A DNA stretch of 64,000 nucleotides from NCBI GenBank assembly GCA_002633005.1, contig NMRA01000072.1, positions 268,952-332,951 of the forward strand, written 5' to 3'. Of this stretch, positions 1-14,100 are shown piece after piece; within the stretch, counting starts at the first letter, position 1; each line of letters opens with the position of its first letter. A program made the position numbers and the translations under genes. Under the pieces are notes generated by a model. The model was not told the DNA's origin, did no database searches, and saw nothing but the letters and a program-made list of their open reading frames with translations. Origin of the DNA: Phoronis australis (Eukaryota > Animalia > Phoronida).

Positions 1-3000
1 CAACTGCAAAAGGCTGCTAAACCCTGTTTTGATGATTTCAACCAATCCTTGTTCTGTCACTTGCTAATGCATCAGTGGAGTCAATCTTAAACGACGAAGC
101 AGGAATTGACTAAAAACTCATACTCCCTATGTCACAGATTGGATATTGTGGTTTTTGGTAGGTCCTCTTTCGCCACAGTTGCTATGTAATTCACTAAAAA
201 CCGTAGGTCAAGCTTGCCTGTTTAGCAGAGGTTGTAAGGAGTTTTCAAATATTCCTCCAAGCTTTTATGGGTTGTCAGGATTACAGAGCATTACTTTATA
301 CCAGAAATGGAAAGGTCGTTTTTGATACCTGTTAATAGGCCAAAACCCAGTTCAGTATCCTTTTAAATGAAAGTGTCATCAAGGGAATGCAGATTCTCCG
401 AAGGTCAAAGTTAAAGGATGCAGTTTTGCTGGGCATGAGAAATCCATCCAGTAGTTAAATTACATTGTACCTCTGTAACTCAAATATTGTACCTGTGTAT
501 GTTATACAGTTGTGATGGTCCTCATACAATTTGATCAGCAAACAAAATGTTGAAAGCTACCAATTTCAAAGTACTGTTGTTGTTACGTTTGAAAATAGAT
601 AGTGGCAATGTCAAGTTTTGAAATTTTTATAGCAAAAACTGTGAATCATAGGAGACTGAGACGAAGTTATACCATTTTTGTCTGGGTCAATGCCCAGAAC
701 ATATACTGAGAAATCGGTAGGTGAGCATTAGTTCTATAGCTGAAGGTGAGTTGTTTACAATTACAAAATATTTGAAGAATCTGGGTTGCATATTTATGGA
801 AGGACCAGTCAAAACATCACTGAAGATAGACAATGTACTGTTTGATGACAATATATAGGATGTTAGTCATGAATTCCCCCATCCTGAAATCTTCTTGTTT
901 TGCAGAGGTAGAAAAGTACATTGTGTGATTGACCTAGTTTTCAAATTGTAGGGTTGCCAACACACTTACAATCCTACTCAAGAAAAAGTGTATTGTAGCT
1001 CATGTGACAGCAAAACTTTAATCCCATCTGAATGACAAATGGCAAACCAATTTTAGTGCTGAACACTGATTAGCACATAGCAGTGTGCAACTGAGGGCAA
1101 GTGCCCCACAGAAGCACAGTATTGTGAATAAATACTACACAATCACAGATACAGGGAACGCTGCATTATTCCAGGAATTGGGAGTTCTAAAGGTTGTGCT
1201 CTTCAAACTAAAAGTCCTTGTTAAATGGGGGGTGAGCAGTTGACCGAACGTAGACCTAAGCTTCCGCACTCGTTGCTTTGGACAGACAGCAAGCACAATA
1301 CACACTGGCGATACTGTTTCATGGAAAAAGTTACTTAAAAAACTAAAATGGGATGATGAGTTGATAGGTGATTTACTAGAATTCGTTTATTGTCCGCTCG
1401 GTTGCTTGTCACTACTACATTCACAAAGTAATTATAATACTAGCGTTTTAGCAGGCATTTTTGCTAGTACGTAGCAAAAACACAGTCGTGTGAATGGTTA
1501 CAAATGTCTTTTTGCCAGTTGTTTGAATTGCCCCAAAACTACTGGCGATTTTGCTACCACTTTTGTACCCAGAGTGCTTACTTCAAAGGACACTCATGTA
1601 CAGGGGTAAGAGGCCTTTGTTAATCATTGCATTAATCAATTCGTGACAGACAGTGACTGTAAAAGCATTTCCAGTGGTGAGGAAACAAACTGTTGGGGAA
1701 AATGACCTATTCGCTGACTGTTCTCTGTCTGGCATTTTTGCTAGCAGTGAAGCTGGCATTTTTTACTAGTAGTGAAATTGCTAGTGTTTTCCACACTCAT
1801 GTGAACTTAATGTGGTTGGAGAGGCTTCCTTATCAGCTGTCAAATGGAGGGCTCTTGATTCCTCTTTATTACCTGCTGTGTTTATATACATGGTGGTAAA
1901 ACAGTGGGTTGTCTCCCTAATTACTACTTCCAAGTTATATGGCTTCAGCCTGATCAACAAAACTGGACTATGTGGACTAGGGTTGTTGGATTGGCTTAGT
2001 TTTTTTTAGTATAGATTATGGTAGAATGATCTCTGGACACACATTTCTACCATGAATTAAGACAGATTGCAATCTTTGTAACATTTGCACTGCCATCTCC
2101 CACTCTTGAGAGTAGTCACTCTTCATTGGACAAGCATTAACACCTGTGTCATCTCATCTGTCTTTAAAGACTGAGGTAATGTGCTTTATATGCCAGAATA
2201 TTGATTAGCTAGGATACTGACATGTGTCTTTGTTGTTGCCTTAGTCTTGTTCCCTATGTTCAACACAGCTTTAGAACTGATCTAAAATCTGTTAAATTGC
2301 TGTTCTAACAATGAATACACACTCCAGTGCTCAGATTCCATTCTGAAGCCATACAAGAGTTCAAAGGACTCTTAGGTCCCCTTTACAAGATCCATGGCCA
2401 CTGGATAGTGATATGAGATCTGCCTCAGCTAGACAATATTCTATGGCAGTGTTTTTCACAACCTGTTTTGGCTCCTGATATTTGTATTTTGTTGCATTTT
2501 ACATTGTGGGATTTGTTAAGCAAACAGCTGGGGCAAAGTTTTGAATGTTTGGTAGCAGGTCTTCACCTGGCAGGTGTGCAGGACATTCTGATGGACATCC
2601 TGACTCCAGTTAAGACACCCTAGTTAGGAGGCCCTGACACCATTTCAACATTTGGACAACAAAGTAATGCACATAGTGCAATAGGGGAGGGGACTCATTG
2701 GTCATGGATGTGCTTAGAAATTGAGAAACCCATTTTGAATGCCCTGTTTTTGAAATCCTGGGTGAATCCCTGTTTAGGAGCAGGTCAGTGTGTATTGCTT
2801 CCTAGACTTCAGTAACTCACACAATGTGAATACAGAATTTTAAACATTTCATAATTTCCTGTTGTGGAGAATAGTGTATGGTAGAGAGGGTCATGTATAT
2901 TTTTGTCAAGCTCTTCAGAATTTTTTTACTTGCTGGAGATATGTCACTTGAATAATTATTTTGAAATTTGAATGTAAAAATGTATGGCTTCAGAATTTTA

Positions 3001-3360
3001 CTTGAGGTTTTTATAGAATGATGATGGTATTATAAGTTATGCTACAGCAACACCATAATCCTGTTTTCTGAAAAGGAGATACTGTGCTAACATATGGAAG
3101 GTGACAGTAAAGAAAACATTTCAATTCACTCTAATTGTAGCTGTCTAAGCATCAATGGCTATCTGTGTGGCTAATTGGTTCACATCACAAACCACTTTGT
3201 ACCCACACATTTCCATTAGGCCAGACAGAATTAAGCCATTTCCCAAACCCTGTGCATACCTGAGATAACTGAAGCTATCACATTTCACCTGTACTAGTGA
3301 TAGCTATGTCTAGGATACCTGGCATGTATTGTGTTGTTCTGTTTATAATTGATTGACATT

Positions 3361-3600
3361 TGTAGATTTTCATGGAGTTTCGTGTTACAAGTGTTTGGTA
3401 ATAAATTAGTATCTGCTCTTTTGAGACCGAAATTCTTAAAAATTTGGATCATGAAACCAACCTGCCAGGTATTATGCTATTCTTGTTTATATCTGATTCG
3501 TAGTTGTAGGTGTTTATGGAGTATTTGATGGGACTTGTTAATGAATTAACATCTGCTGTTTTGAGATCGAAATTCCTTAAAATTTAGGTCACAGAGCTAA
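3361..3600 (+). repeat. Degenerate two-copy tandem repeat, ~145-bp period
   Basis: atctgctcttttgagaccgaaattcttaaaaatttgg vs atctgctgttttgagatcgaaattccttaaaatttagg. Confidence 0.6.
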
Positions 3601-4920
3601 ACATTGAAATTTATATGAAACTATGCTTAATTTTTCTGTAAATTTGATCCGGACACATTTTTTTAGGATGAGCTGAGATCAAACAAGATAAAAGACTTGT
3701 CTTATACATTTTTTCTCAGTTTATGATAAGAAATCGACTGCAAGAAAAAGATAACCTGTTTCTAATAGAATCTTGATTGTGTGGTGCTTAATTCTCGACG
3801 ACTTATTTTACTGTACAGCATTTGGAAAACAACATTTGTTAAATATATAGTATTTCTATCACTGTCGTAAGCTTTTGAAAAATTAACAAATGACAATTTT
3901 TAGAGTTATTTTGGTGGAAGTATACTGAGAAATTAAGTTAGTTTTTTTCTAGTGAAGGTGAGTTTTTCCTAACAATTACTGTAAATGCATTTGAGAAACA
4001 CTTTAATCCAACACCTGTGGTTGTGTATTCAGGCACTGTAGACCAAATGATATCCTTTCATGTCCCTACAATGTGTTAAAGCTACTATAATATAGTCACC
4101 TATTGTCAATGTCCTAGGAACAGTTAAAGCACTTTCTACTAGTGGTGGGGATTTTTTTTTTCAAATAGCCTGGGCTGTGAACCCATAGTTGACCCAGCTC
4201 CATTGATTGTATGTTGGGTACTCTGTGGTCAAGTTGAATTAGGTAATCTTATCTCATCCTTTCATGGTGAATACTGTGTGTGGATACTACCAGTGTGGTA
4301 CTGTCAATGGCCAGAGTGTTTGATGGTGAGTGATAACATTCATATCACATCACCAGGAGTTGTCAATGGTCAGTGATATCATTATGAAGGATTAGTGGAC
4401 TAGTGGTGGATTAGAATGGATTACCATTCTACTCTCCCTGGGGTTGATGGGCATCAGAAGCTTAGCTAAGCAGTTGGCAACAATGCTGAAAAGAAAGGAA
4501 AAATAAAAAATGTGGAAATGAAAGTCCCAGGCTTTGTGACAACAGTTCTACAACTGTTATGGAAGTGTGGTTCATAGCAAAGTTTCTTTAAGGATTAAGA
4601 GAGCATTTTTGCTTGTTTTCATACCGGCGAGTGCGGTCACTCATATTGACAAGATGCCAACAGGCGTGTACTAAAAACTATTGTAGGCCCTCCTATTGCA
4701 GGTGCCAGGTCTGCTAATTCTGTCCCCCTTTTATGGGGTAGATTTTTCTGCATTTCGGGGATGAAATGGAAATTTAGGGGCTTATTGGATCCCACTTGGG
4801 TCCCACAAAACTTGCTGAAAAGGGTACTGCCAACCCGCAATTTTTGGTACATGCCTGTGGGCAACTTGTCAACATGAGTCCTTTTGTTGAGCTGATTTTC
4901 ATCTTGTATGCTTGTTGTAG

Positions 4921-5190
4921 GTCCATTCACCGCTGGAGATAGAACTCCAAGAGCCACCGGGAACAAATCAGAAAGTGTTATTCTTGGAGAAAGTCCGCCA
5001 AAGCAATGACGCCATCCAATCGGGTGACTTTCAGTTGGCCATTCAGCTGTATTCCGACGCCATCGCGTTGGACCCTATTAACCACATTCTGTTCAGCAAC
5101 AGATCTGCGGCTTATGTTAAGGTACAACAGTTTGATAAGGGCCTGAAAGATGCCAACAAAGCCTGTGAATTGAACCCAAAATGGCCAAAG
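4921..5190 (+). CDS. TTC28: TTC28 exon (N-terminal TPRs)
   Basis: ttgtag|GTC...CCAAAG|gtaaga; VHSPLEIE...FSNRSAAYVK...LNPKWPK. Confidence 0.9.
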
Positions 5191-8100
5191 GTAAGAACTT
5201 TAAACATGGATTACTTTACATGTTTTATTAGTCGGTAGTGTTCAGGTGAACATTTGGTCATGCATACTAGAAAGTTGGATTAATTTGAAGTGTAAGGAAA
5301 ACTGTCCTTGTCACTGAGCAGAATTGTTTGAAAAGGCTGAACTAGATTTAAAAAAACTGAAGGAAATGGTACATTGATTTTACCTTTATTTCAGTCAAGA
5401 TCAAGGGTAAACTATGACTCAAAATAAACTTTGTGCCTAGTAAAGCCATGGCTGTAAAAGCTGGATCCATAAAGCCTTTGAGGCTATGTCTTGAATTTCA
5501 AGATGTTCTACTCAGCTTTTGATTAGGAATCTCTTACCTGTTGAGAAAGATCTTTGTATTAACAAAAAAGAAATTTAGTGAGCCCCTGGAACTAAAATCT
5601 ATGTGTCTGGCTTTAAAAAATGTTAATTTACATAATATTCATGTTGGAAATGCTTAGCGTAGGTAGTACTATGTTAAAGTGAATATTACTGATGGCTTCT
5701 TACTAATTCTTAAAAGAAGTCCAATTGCCTCAGGTTTTTTCATTATCACAGACAATCACTGCCTAGATTTTGCCTCTCAGTATTGACCAGTGGCTTGTCA
5801 CTGTCTGGTCAGCTGTCTGGCTATGATCATATTACATTTACCTGCACAAGAGAATGTTGGGGTGTATGGCAGTCACAGCCACTATTTGTCTCCTAATAGA
5901 CCCTAATAGCACATGTAATGACCCTCCAGTGAATGGCCCATCCTTTGACCATTCACTGACCACTCACTGGGTATGAATGGCTGGTCCAACTGAGCCACTG
6001 TGGGCCAACTGGTTGATCATTTTTAAATAGGCCTCTCTCTCTCTGTCTCAAATAAAACTGAATTAAAATCAAGCTAAGCAAACTATATGAAAAAAATTAC
6101 GCAACCTATTGGTTGGCCATTTGGCTGCTGTTTTCCTGCGCCCCCTGTAGTTGAAATTGAAAAAGTGAGTTTCAACAATTGTTGCTTTCTCTGTTTTTAC
6201 GGAGCTGTCTAGTCTGCATTACTGTTATGAAAGCCGCAAACTTCACTGATTGTCGGTAGATGATAGTTGTAGATCTTTGCAAATAATGAAAGCTGCTATT
6301 GAGTTGTCTTCCAGTTCCATAAACTACTGATTTAGGATTTCCATATAGACCTCTTGTCATTATGAAATTGGTTTCAACTTGTTATTCCTTACTCAAATTG
6401 TAGGCAAAAAGAATTTAATTTCCATGTCAGAGCAACGGGTTTACAGTAAATTAAATTAAAAATTTCTTTTTTTGTTTTCATGGAAATTTTTTTCACAGAA
6501 GTTCACTTGCCTGCTTTGCCAGTTTTTTTCTTGTTGAAGATGATGTGAAAACTTATCTGTTACAGAAAGTGTGTGGAATGTAAACATGTAGTAACCTACT
6601 CTTGAGGAGATTTCACACCTACTAGTACAGTATCACAGTGCAATGTTAACACCGACAAATCAGTAGCAGCTGTTGATACACTCCTGTCTTACAATGTTTC
6701 CTCTGCCCATCCACTTGTTATCAGTTTTGCCACCTGTGTTGACTGAATTAAACAAGTGGTGCAGGACTCAGTTTATCATGTTTCCCAATGATTCCAAACA
6801 CATGTGACAAGTATTGGCCAATAGATAGTAAAATGGTAAAATGGTCCGCTTGTTATTGTCATAAATCAAGCCCAGGTGATGTTGATGGGTCTGATGTACT
6901 TGTCTAATACACATAACTACTGCAAAGCTCCCCCTTTGTGTTGGGTGCAATACTGTGTAATTGAATATTTGTAGTGGGTTACATTGTGCAGTGGCTGCCT
7001 TGCCTGTCAACAGTTACCAATGTAGTGAGGTGACCCCTGAAGGGGAGGAAAGAGGTCCATAACACCATGGCAAAAATTTTTCTACTTCAAACAGAGTTTG
7101 GGATACCAAAATTGATACCGAAATTAGTTTACAAGTATTTTGAAAAAATGAGACACTGAGAGTTTTGCTTTGATAATGTTACTCACATTTTGGTTGTTAT
7201 GAATTTTGTAATTTAAAATTGAAACACAATAGTGAATCCATTGTTAAAACTCATGAGTACTAATTAATGAGGTTCTGTGATTTTTACATTTCGGGATCTT
7301 CAAAATTTGGGATGCCGTCTCTCTCAAGTTGAATTTTTATTGGTAGATTTGAATGAAAATTGGCAGAGTTGTCTCGCAACGTCACAGTTGAAACCATGTT
7401 GAGATGCCAGCACTTGAGCTCATCATTTGACATGTCTTTAGAGCTGAATTCTAAATTCTAAAAAATACATCAGTAGACACCAGTGTTGTTTTTAACATAT
7501 AAGTAAATGTCGGTTCAAGTTAGAGTGGTTCAAAAGGAATAAACAAGTAAAAATCTTGGGTAGCAAGAGAGATGGTGTCAAATATTGGAAATTAATTTGC
7601 AGTATAGTTGATGAGAAGGACATGCACAATTTTGGCAAGAAATTTTTTCAGCAAAATTTCACCAACTGAGGACCAGTTTTCTTCCAATTTCTTACGGGAT
7701 TCTAATCAATGACAGGTACCTACATAGTGTTATAACCCTGAGTCTAAACTGCTATTATAGTGAGTTATGCCACAGTGGAGAAATTGGTCTGCAATAAGTT
7801 TTATCGTATCTTACTCATCTGTTGTGGACAGGCCACTGAGCTGCCAGAGCTGTGGTTAGCAAGTTGAGAAACACCAACACTTACTTGTTCACTGTACTCA
7901 GGCATCCAAATACTGAGCTGGGCATCCTAACTAGGGTGTTTTAATTTTAAGTCAGGGTGTCCATTTGGATGCCCGCTAGATGAAGGGTGTTCAGGACACA
8001 CAAGTGAAATTTTAGATTGTATTTCTCATTTTTTCATAGCCAATAAGTACCAGTTCCAGAGTAATGCATTAATTTTTTTTTCTCTGCCGTACACAACAAT

Positions 8101-11100
8101 TGTGAGAAATTGTCCACGTTGGCAGCATTGCTATTAGCTTTTGAAAAATAAAAGGGTGAATTCTGGCAACTTGATAGGTCCAATATTGTGTGTATTTACG
8201 GGACTCGCTTCGCGTTTATTTGTCAGTTGTAAGTTCAAAGTTAGTTGAATGCTAACTTAACGTTTACTCACAACTTGGTATTTCTTGCCATTAAGACTCT
8301 GGCATCGATGTTTTCCTTGAAAACAACGGGTGTTTACCTAGTGAGCCCTCTGTATTGTGACTGTATTCACCTTCTAGATCTCTTAAAATTAAACACTTCA
8401 CAGGCTTTGGTTAAAGTATGTCTTATAGAATTAGGTGGTTTATTTGGCATTTCTGGGACATTGGTGAGGGTCATTGGATCAGAACTATGCCAGCAATGTA
8501 TTGATCTGAGGCATTGGGTACTTCCAGTTTATGAGCTTACCTGGCCAACTGATATAGGTTCCACCTGAAAAAGTAAAAAAATAGTTTATGAGTTTGTTGT
8601 TCTGCAGCAAGACATGCTTGATTAAATACCAGTGTTTGAGATCTGTTAACTAAAAATCTTTCCAGTGAGGTTTTCATGTTAAAATCGAACTTATCGTTGA
8701 AGTTGTTGAAAACTAATGTGTGGATCTCGATTTTTGTTTGTGAAAAATATTTCCAGAATTGTCCTGATCAAAGAGTAATTTTGACACCGCTCATAAAAAT
8801 GTGTGGATTTCTGAATAATGAATTTGTTGGCTCGTGCAAACCAAGATGTCAACCTTCTGTAATGTCATTTGGTCAAGAATGCAGTAGCTTGTGAACTTAA
8901 TCAATTTTGTGTTTCATTGCTGGGGAGTTGTGCTTTGTTAGCACTAGTATTTTATTGTTTTCAAAACAATTCAACTGTTAACATCCTTAGGGTTGATTAA
9001 ATGTGGACAGTGTTGAAGTATGGTGTGACTTTCTAAGGTGTGTCTGTGAAATAAGAATGGAAAATTAAAACCTTCTTATCCAGGGCTTGGAATTTTCCTC
9101 TTTTTAAACTTGAGGATTTCCTCTTTTTTGGTCCCGGTTTCCTCTTATTTGATTTCCAGTTTGCCCTTTTTTGTATTTTTTATCACTATTTTGACTTTTT
9201 TTTTCAAGCAAAAACGTTTGTTTCTGTTATTAAACTCTGCAACAACAAGAAATTTATCATACAAGCGTATTTGTGGAACGATGCATCACCTGGAAAGCCT
9301 TCCCCTTTTTGTCATTGGTCATTCCAAGCCCTGTTGTCTCAGTTCATGATAAAATATCACTAATTTCAAACAAAAACAAGTTGATCTTTTTTTATTTTTC
9401 TTAGACTTCTAACAATTTTTTGAACGCCTACACTTGACCTGTCGCCAGGATTTTAGGTGACGGCTTAACTGACCACTCAGAACTCATCGTTCTTGACACG
9501 CCTTCATTTCCAAGCCGCCATTTTACCCGACAAACAACACGTGGCCGGGTAAAACTTATTGTTTGTTAGTCGACATTACGCAGGGGAGCGGAGCTTGCGA
9601 TAGGTCAGTTTCCCAAAACAGCCTCTGGTGGCAGATATGGTATAGAACTTTAAAATAATAATGAATGCATTGTTTTATTGCAATTTGATATTTTGTTTTA
9701 AAAATGTGAAAATGAAATTTTAATTGTTTGCCGCATTGTGTCCTAAAGTGGTGCGATTTGGATTAAAAGTTGTCATAATTAGAGCTAATTTTGTAATCCA
9801 GAAAATCTGGTTTTCAGTTTACATAAGTATTCGTAAAATCATAACTGTTTCCTTATGAAGTTGTTTCTGGTTGCAAACTTCAAATAGGGTTCAGGTTTGT
9901 CAGCTTAAACTGGACAGTTCTCTAGAAAGCTAATTACCTTGTGAACTTTTAAGAATTTTAAAAGAATCGTTGAAAAAGCAGGATTTCCAGTATGGTTGTT
10001 TGGGTGATCACTTCATAATGTAAAAACTTTCTTGTTATGTGATTGCACACTTCACCATTCATTCATTATGTTGTCAAGTATTATATCTTTCTGATTCAAA
10101 TCAACTTACAAACAGATCTCACCACTGCCCTGGACCAATTACAGTGAGTTTTCAGGAGTTTCGATTCATAATTTTCACCTTGTAGTTCACATGTATGAGT
10201 GATAATATTCATCACCTAATCTTACCAAACTGTCTCATGGATATCTGTTGTATTAGATAGGATTTTAAAAAATAATTTCCACGGCTCTTTAGTTTTTACG
10301 CTACGAAACCCTATCCCAGCAAAAAGCAGGGTGCGAATCATTTGCCAGTGAAACAGTATGCTGTCGTTTTTAAAAACACCCGTTAGCTGTGAGCCACTGG
10401 CTTTGACCTTCTATTTTATTCTGTTTGCTCACAATAGTATATACACATCAACTGCCTACAACTATTTGCTTTCATTGTTGAGTGAAATCTTCATGGCTTG
10501 ATATCCGATGCCCCAACTCAATGCCTTCAATAGGTTAATGTGTAAAGCGGGTTTCCATACGCATTTTTTTCCAAAATGACATGTGGTGGAAGTTAGAGTC
10601 AGGGGATTGACTTTACACGAGGGGTACGATTCCATTGTGCTGCCTGTTTTTGTGAATCCGATCTCCATCATTAGCTGCCGGCATGGATGGGTTATTGTAC
10701 TGATTGAGGCAGTCACGGGTCACTAAGTATACCCTGCTATGATTAGATTCACGTTCTTGCATGGAAAAAATGTCATGAATATGACGTCAAGTTGCGAATT
10801 TTAAAAAAAAAACATGATTTAGAGGGAAGACATCAATCGCAATCTGCAGAACTTAAGGAATTGCCAAATCCTCAAGGAAAAAGAATGAATATTGTATGCG
10901 GCTCAGCACCCAACTCTTTGATTTTCCATTTAATTGCCCTAATGCCGTGTGTAGAGTGTCTTGGTGTTTCGCCTTGGTGTTCCTATAACGCAGTGTCATC
11001 TCACCATTGCAGGGTTACTACAGGAAAGGCGTGGCTCTGCAGTGCCTTGGCAAGCATGCACAAGCCCTGGCCGCCTTCTCAGCTGGACTGGAACAGGATG

Positions 11101-14100
11101 CAAAGAGTGCCCAGTTGTTGGCGGGACTTGTGGAGGCAGGGTCCACATCACTCATACGAGGTAAGTCTGAGACACTAGTGTTGCATGAGTTTTATTTACA
11201 GTAAACATTTCAAAATTGTAAGCATTTGCTTAGTGCTACTTATCTTTTGTTAAAAAAAATAAAAAACAAGAAACTCATTTGTCTTCCATACTGTGTCCAA
11301 AATTTTGCAAGCGGATTTATAGCAAACTCGCAAACTTATTAAAGGCTCACTAATTGAATGTCCATCTGTGAGAGTGATTGGACAGCTTGGTCTGCACCCC
11401 ACTCATAGCTGTATATAAATGATTTTAATAATAAACTTTTGTCACCTTTATTATCATGTTTCGTCAAAGTTAAAATAAATTCAACTATGGTTCCCACTCT
11501 TGGAAAACCATTTAGTGAGCAACTCGTAAAATGGGAAAAATGCTTCTATACACGGAAGACAGGTGAAAAATTCATGAAGAAGATATACCGCTAGGTTGCT
11601 CCCTGAATGGCAAAAAATATCTCTTCTCTCTCTACCATTTTCTGTGCCATACGATTGCACTTGAGTCATTCCCCACAGTATCTTAGGCCTCTGAGGCAAT
11701 AAAATTGCTATTTGTTCAATGACTATTTGTAATTTAGTGTTGATGGATGCTGTAAGTGTTTTACAAGTCAACTAGCATTTTTGGTCTCTGTTTTGATTTT
11801 CCACTTTGTAGTCTCTGTTTGATGGGCATTGTTCTTTTGTTATTGGGCGATGCTGTCAAGTGCATATAATTCTGTAAGTGGAAGTCGAACTCTGGGTTTC
11901 CCTTCTGTCAGTTGTCAAGTTAGTTTGTGGAATTGATCTTCTCTTTTTACTGCCGTCTGCAAAGGCCATGTAAACTAGTGTAGGTCGCACGTGACTTATC
12001 TCAAACCTTGTGCATTCATCTGATTGAGGCACATGTTGTAAATTAGAAAAACGTAAACTAAAGTATTTATGTTATTTCCTGAGAGTGCTGAAGTAGCAGG
12101 ATGATTTTTGTTGCCAGACACGCCCATTACAGATAGAATTTATGAGTTTTTTCAATTTGACATCGGGTGCAAACGTCTTCATAGAACATATTGTGTACCT
12201 GTGCCTCTTTCAAAGCCTTGTTCACCAACAGTGTTATTATCTGAAGCATATGACCTGGCGGCTGGCACCTATTAAATGAGGGCAATGTTAACTTAAAATT
12301 TATATATCAGGTGGCGGAACTGTTAGCTGTGTACAAAATCTATGTCAGCATGTTCTTAATGCTATTTCTCAGGTCTTGAGTCTTTAGAAGATTGTTTCTG
12401 AAGATGTTCTTGTTTGCAAAATAGTGTAGAATGGAATAAGCATGTTGACCTTGTATCTGTCTCACTTTGACAAGCACACAATAATGTCTCTACACCTGAT
12501 TTGACAATTTCTGCACCACAGTTATTTGTTGGATGCCTGCCAAGGTAAACTGTTTGCAACAAGGAATATAACACATTGGTAACACGTTTCGTTTCGATCT
12601 ATGTCTCCTTTGCAAAAAACTGGCTAATTATTTTGTTTTCGATGCATTTGAGAGATTACTCGAAGCATCAAACACTGCGTGCTCAGGTCGATGTTGATTT
12701 CTGATGCAGTTGTGGGCTAATCAGTTGGGCGTCCAAATTTACCACTGGTTTGTTTGCCTTGGAGTATTTGGTCTGTTTTTGCAGTCATTCCATTCCAGGT
12801 TGGCTATTCATGAGTTAGCTGAGGCCCATTGTCACCTTTAGTACTAGGCTGTTTTTCTACCAATTCAAGACACCATTCAACTGATGACATTAATATATGC
12901 ACCCTTATTGAAAACGAGTCGGCACAACACCCCCAGCACTGAATTTAAGAGGGACATTTGTTTTCACAAGCTAGCGTTTATTTGTCAGTTTTTAATTTAG
13001 CAGTTCTCAAGTGCTTAGCAGTACTTAACCAAGAAATGTGACTGGTTAAGATATGTTTTAGTACTCCCTCACCTGGTAGTAGACATATCGTTTTTGAGTG
13101 ATTAATCTTTTCAATTTGCCAAACAGGTCTTAAGTATTATTTGCCTGGAACCTCATATTAAATTTCATGACTAATAGTCATGACTAAATCCTTGTCATAA
13201 AAAGTATGATATATTTGATTCAGTGGGCAAATTCTTGAAGCAAACAATACCATAATTTTAAAATGATTGATTGGCATTGTTCTTTGCTAAATTTCCTTTT
13301 TTTGGTTATTTTTCTCCATGACTTTGACAAAGCTAAAAAAGTTTCAGGGAAAATTCATCAACTTTTTTGAAAACTACTACACATTAGAAAATAATTTGCT
13401 GTGTCCTCTGGATCAATGCCTGTTGCACCATGATATTTCTGAAAACTAGATACACGTTGCTACTTTTGAAAAGCATTTTGCAGTCTTCTGAGGCCTGCTT
13501 TATCAATGTGATATAAGTCTAGTCTTAGCTAAGACAACTTCATAACTTTGATTCAATCTGCACACAGTCCATGAACGTGGCTCGTGAAGGTATTCATTAC
13601 GGTAAACCTCACCAATTGTGGAAAAAAAATAATTGCCAAATTTGTCTTTTCTCATTTTAAAGACTTTTATCATTGTTGTGAATGGCCACAGTTTTTTCAA
13701 AATATTTTGTGTCTGTAGCTATGGTACAGAACTTGAACAAATAGCAGAGTGTTATCACTTGTCCGCCATCTTGTGGCCTAAGTTGGTTAGATTTTGAATA
13801 TGAAATGTGATCAGTTTTGTCATTTGCAACATTTTCGTTCTGAAAATGCATTGTCGCGAAACTTGTGTGACTGCGACCGTCTCAGCAACAACTTGACCTA
13901 CACGACCTTTGATAAAATGGGCCCCTTTTGGCCCATGTAACAACCTAGAAAAAACTACAAATTCGGCTATCTTCAGAACACCATGTCTTAGTAATGGCTG
14001 GTCGGATTCATACAAAATTTTGATTACTATGCAGGTGCTATTAAAATATTGGAATTTTTTATGATTTTCATATTAAATCAAGAGTTACATAAAACGAATA

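Noticed and set aside
4166-4370. SINE-like segment (ttgacccagct...gggtac)
   Set aside because: Too diverged; no A/B boxes or second copy visible to support a call
11481-11771. Minus ORF with RERR followed by Cys-containing segment, like a peptide precursor
   Set aside because: No signal peptide or clear splice partner; region looks like a repeat remnant
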